A DNA stretch of 64,000 nucleotides. Source: Podarcis filfolensis. Taxonomy: Eukaryota. This document shows, in pieces, positions 1 to 64,000 of this stretch. Within the stretch, counting starts at the first letter, position 1, and the number at the start of each line of letters is the position of its first letter. The notes beneath the pieces are model-generated. The model saw only the letters and a program-made list of their open reading frames with translations. It had not been told where the DNA came from and made no database searches. A program made the position numbers and the translations under genes. The stretch is from assembly GCA_964270895.1 (NCBI GenBank), contig OZ185435.1. One strand, 5' to 3'.

Positions 1-340
1 CCACTTTCCCAAGGTGAACTGCACTCAAAAGCAGCTCATAACAGCAATTTTAAAAATAAATATACAAACATAAAATGTTACAAAACATACCACTAAATTC
101 AAACAAAGAAAAACCAAAAGGATAAATGCAATAAATTACAATGAAATCATCTAGATGATGCATAACAAGTACAGAGCAAAATAAATATTAAGAGGCCAAT
201 AAATAAATTAGAAAGCTTATCAACGCTACAGGTTCAAACCTTGCTGCGCTCCAGGGAGCCACAGCAGTCCAGCTTAAATACAGTTCAGGGGGTGAGATGT
301 CTTCTCCACAGCCTAAATGGGTCACAACTCCCTTCCTCAA
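1..340 (-). mobile_element. Degraded L2-like LINE 3' end
   Basis: The reverse strand shows a T-rich tail followed by a gagctgcttttgag...gggaaagtgg motif resembling squamate L2 termini. Confidence 0.3.
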
Positions 341-1806
341 TCTCCCCTCCAAAAGTGCCAGCAAAGGCAATGATGGTAAGACACAGGAGAAGGTGCTAGG
401 TTCAAATTAAGCCCTGATAAACAATTATGGAAATCGGTAACGGCAGAAGCAGATGTGAAGATAGAGGTACAAGCAGAACAGATGAGATTTATACTCTGTT
501 CCATTCAGCTGTGATTTGAAATAATTCAGCCTTGACTTGCCAGCTGGTGACTTTCCTTGTGCTGGTTTCATTGTATATTTTTAAGGAAAAATTTAAATGA
601 CAGAACTAATATCAACTGGTTTCTGGGCAAGAAGCCCAAGGGAAATTTTAACTGCTTGGCAGCAAGTCTGTCCATTTTTTACTTTTTTTAATGTTAGCTC
701 AGAAATATTTTATCAGCACCGAATAACTAACTATTGAGGGAATTGTCCTCCTCAGATTTATTATAATTACAGTGTGACCTTGTGTCACACTTCTGTTCTT
801 TTACATTTCAGAGAACAGGCTCTGTTAATAAGGCATTATTCGTCATCTTTGAAGTATTTCAGAAGGTGATACTAAAGGAAGGGTTTGCTCATTAAGCCAG
901 CAGCACTCCAAACTAGAAGGTGCTAAGCAACCCAAACACAGTCAAGTGTAAAGAGACCTTAATAATGGAGCTACTGTTCACCTCACACTTCTTTTTAAAA
1001 ATTATAATAACAAAAATATTATTATGTCACCATATTGTTATTGTTATGTCTTCAAATAGCTAATATTATACATTACAAACACAGACACAAAACCCAAGGG
1101 ACAATTGCCAGTGTCTACATTTAGGGGAGGAAACACACTTCTAAAACTTTCCAGATTCCTTGCCCCTGCCCACAGACACCCACACTACAATGAGTGTAAT
1201 AATATGCACTGGAGTCCTACCTCAATCAATCTATCACAATTAGGACCAACGTACCTCCAAATCCTCTTTTGGATCTTGCATACTGATCTGCATTTAGCAT
1301 TCTGCTCTGGTAAAATTTCATCTGGTCACACTGAGCTTTCCTAAACAGAGTACATTAATTTTATGCAGAATATAATGATTGTGGGTTTTTAAAAAATGAA
1401 TTCAATTTCATTTTATTATTGCCGGCTCGCATTGTAAGTTATGGGTTCAGAATCCAAGAGCAATCAAGGTTGTAGCTGCATCATTATTAGAATCTCAGAA
1501 ATGATGTGACACCAGTTGTTAAGATCAGATGATAAAACACAAACACCTCTTGTGTTTTCAAGGCTGACAAGAGAAAGTGAACACATTAATTTAAAGTAAA
1601 GGAGAAGAGAGACTGGAAGGGTAACAAACCCAAGGTTAATACTGGCAGATGGTAGAACTGCAGGGCATTTGTAGACCCTTAGAGACACCATGCATGGCAA
1701 GAGAATGACGTCCCATTGCTTTTGAGCCCAAGGCTGAACAAATCCTGCCAAGAACATCTAGGACATTTGCGGCTAAAGGAACTTGGGACTTGTAATCATT
1801 CTAGAT

Positions 1807-2159
1807 CAGTGGTTCCCAAACTAACCCCCCCCCCCCCACGGACCACTTGAAAATTGCTGATGGCCTTGGCAGACCACTTAATGGTTTTTCTGCCTGTTGT
1901 AGCAATTGTAATGCATTGTGCTAGATTCTGTACAATTTGCTTTCCACAGAATTCAAATTGTAATACAATAAAATATCACTGTGAGAACAGTATGCTGGAC
2001 TAGATGGGCTACTGGCTTGATCCAGCAGGCTCTTCTTCTGTTCTTAATATAAGAAATAAAAGAACCAACAAAAATACAATTAAAAACCAACATGAATATT
2101 TAAATGTGGATATGCCGTAGACCACATGAATGAAGCTCACAGATCAGTTTGGCAACTTG
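1807..2159. mobile_element. hAT (Charlie-like) non-autonomous element with a nested LINE/SINE tail at about 1990-2046
   Basis: CAGTGGTTCCCAAACT left end; degenerate AGTTTGGCAACTTG right end; flanked by ttctagat / ctctagat (nTCTAGAn target). Confidence 0.55.
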
Positions 2160-3170
2160 CTCTAGATACCAGAAGCTTAACCCATTTTACGTAGTTCATA
2201 GGATGAGGTGAAAAGGACACTGCCTGAAAAGAACAGGAGAGGAATGTACTCTTTTTCTTTCTTAAAATACTTGAACCTCTGAACAAAATCATGAGGCCAC
2301 ATCCATAGCAACATGACACTGAGAGCCCTCTCCTGAAAATGGGACCATTATTTCCTTGCTTCTTGGTTGCATATAGTTTTGCACAATGAAAACTCTACTG
2401 GGTAATTATTTGTGGGACTACATTGTTTTGTAAACAAACAGCTCCACCCCCCCCCCAAAAAAGAAATGTGTCTATTTTTATTGGAACTTGAATGAATTTG
2501 AGAAAAAAAATTCTACCTCACACATTCTATGATTCTAAGCCAAGGGATGGCAAATGCTTTTCAGCTGCAGGGACACATTTCCTCATGGACAACCTTCAAA
2601 GAGCAATATGTCGGTGGCTGGAAGGGTCAGAGGAAAACAAACAAACAAGTGCAGCAACAGATCAGACCCAACCTTAGCACAGTAGACCACACTGCAGCCA
2701 TGTGCAAGTCAGAGGATCCCCTGACAGGAACCCCTCAGCACCACAGTTCAGATACACATTCAAGACAGGCTAAAGCACTTGACATGGGCCTAGCGCAGTC
2801 CCAGTGAGGGATGTGGCACTGGGAAGAGTCTCAGGGATGAAACAGAGAGACTTGCAAGGACTTCATTTGGACCCTGGCCCTGAGGTTTCCCTACTGTAAG
2901 TTAAGGTCCATAGCACACAGCAGTGGCATAGGGGTAGAACACATCTTTGTATGCAGAAGACCTGCGCTCAATCCCAGCATATTCCAGTAAAAGTGTGTGT
3001 GCTGAGCCACTGAACGCAGGTTATTTTTCTAGATTTTTCTTCACTTTGTCCCCTCACAATTTTAACACATCTGTTTTAGAATCTTTTCTTTCAACATACA
3101 AGTTTCTGAGCTTGAGAAATGGAAAAAGCTATTTGTATTCCCTTAATTTTGTGGACCACCTGGAGAGGTT

Positions 3171-3327
3171 TTTATTGCTCCCACACATGGGGGGGGGGAC
3201 AGGAGTCCCACGGACAACGATTATTACATTACCATGCAATGTCAAACGGACAGTTCATTGCTCAAGGCATACGCTATCACTGTTTTATTGTAAAACCTGC
3301 TCTGCGCCCACTCAGAGTACATTTATT
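3171..3327 (-). terminator. Candidate IGHMBP2 polyadenylation signals (three AATAAA)
   Basis: Minus-strand AATAAA at 3322-3327, 3284-3289 and 3171-3176, about 360-510 nt after the stop codon, with a GT-rich stretch downstream of the 3284 site. Confidence 0.5.
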
Positions 3328-3683
3328 ACCTCGCCAATAAAGATAATTACTACAAACAAAAGCTGCCCACCTTTCTCCTTAACCAACAGGGCTTTATAGT
3401 TCTGACGTGACTGAGGAAAAACACATTTTACAGTGCAAGACGCAACTTGAGAATTGTTTGAAACCTGCAGACGGTGGGAACTTTTCTTCAGTCAGTCTCT
3501 GGCTCTCTGAGGACCATGAAGCTGAAGGACATATTCTTGATTTTGGGGGAGTGGGGTGGGGGAAAGAAGCCAAAAGGTTTAAGAGAGTGATGAGCTTTTT
3601 CCTCTGGAGCCTGAGCATGCTGCTTTACGAAGGTGCCTCAAGGACAGGCAGATGAGCATCTTGCCTTGACATAGCTAATCCTC

Positions 3684-63956
<60,273 letters not shown>

Positions 63957-64000
63957 CGCGGAAACCTCCGTGGGAGTGAGGGGTGGGAAGGCTTCACGGC

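Noticed and set aside
1-3170. A downstream neighbour gene (for example an MRGPR-type GPCR, as near human IGHMBP2)
   Set aside because: No long ORF or 7TM signature here or in the introns; only repeats and AT-rich DNA.

Overview
This is vertebrate genomic DNA from a squamate reptile, probably a lacertid lizard (inferred from Sauria SINEs and the CR1/L2/MITE repertoire). The window holds one complete protein-coding gene, IGHMBP2 (Upf1-like SF1 helicase with R3H and AN1 zinc-finger domains), on the minus strand. It has 15 coding exons from ATG 63956 to TGA 3684. All introns are GT-AG and all phases join in frame, giving a 3030-nt CDS (1009 aa). The introns are filled with transposon remnants: CR1 and L2 LINE pieces, Sauria, tRNA-derived and 5S-derived SINEs, hAT and Tc1/mariner MITEs with intact TSDs, and a solo LTR. 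I could not support a second gene or any novel multi-gene system. The best leads are an in-frame alternative donor that would add a Cys-rich nonapeptide to the AN1 finger, a sense-oriented solo LTR in intron 8 with a TATA-like box, an AATAAA and an acidic/Trp-rich open frame, several hairpin-forming MITEs, and SINEs with different tRNA heads on one CR1 tail. Family names and human-protein comparisons are from memory, not from database searches.
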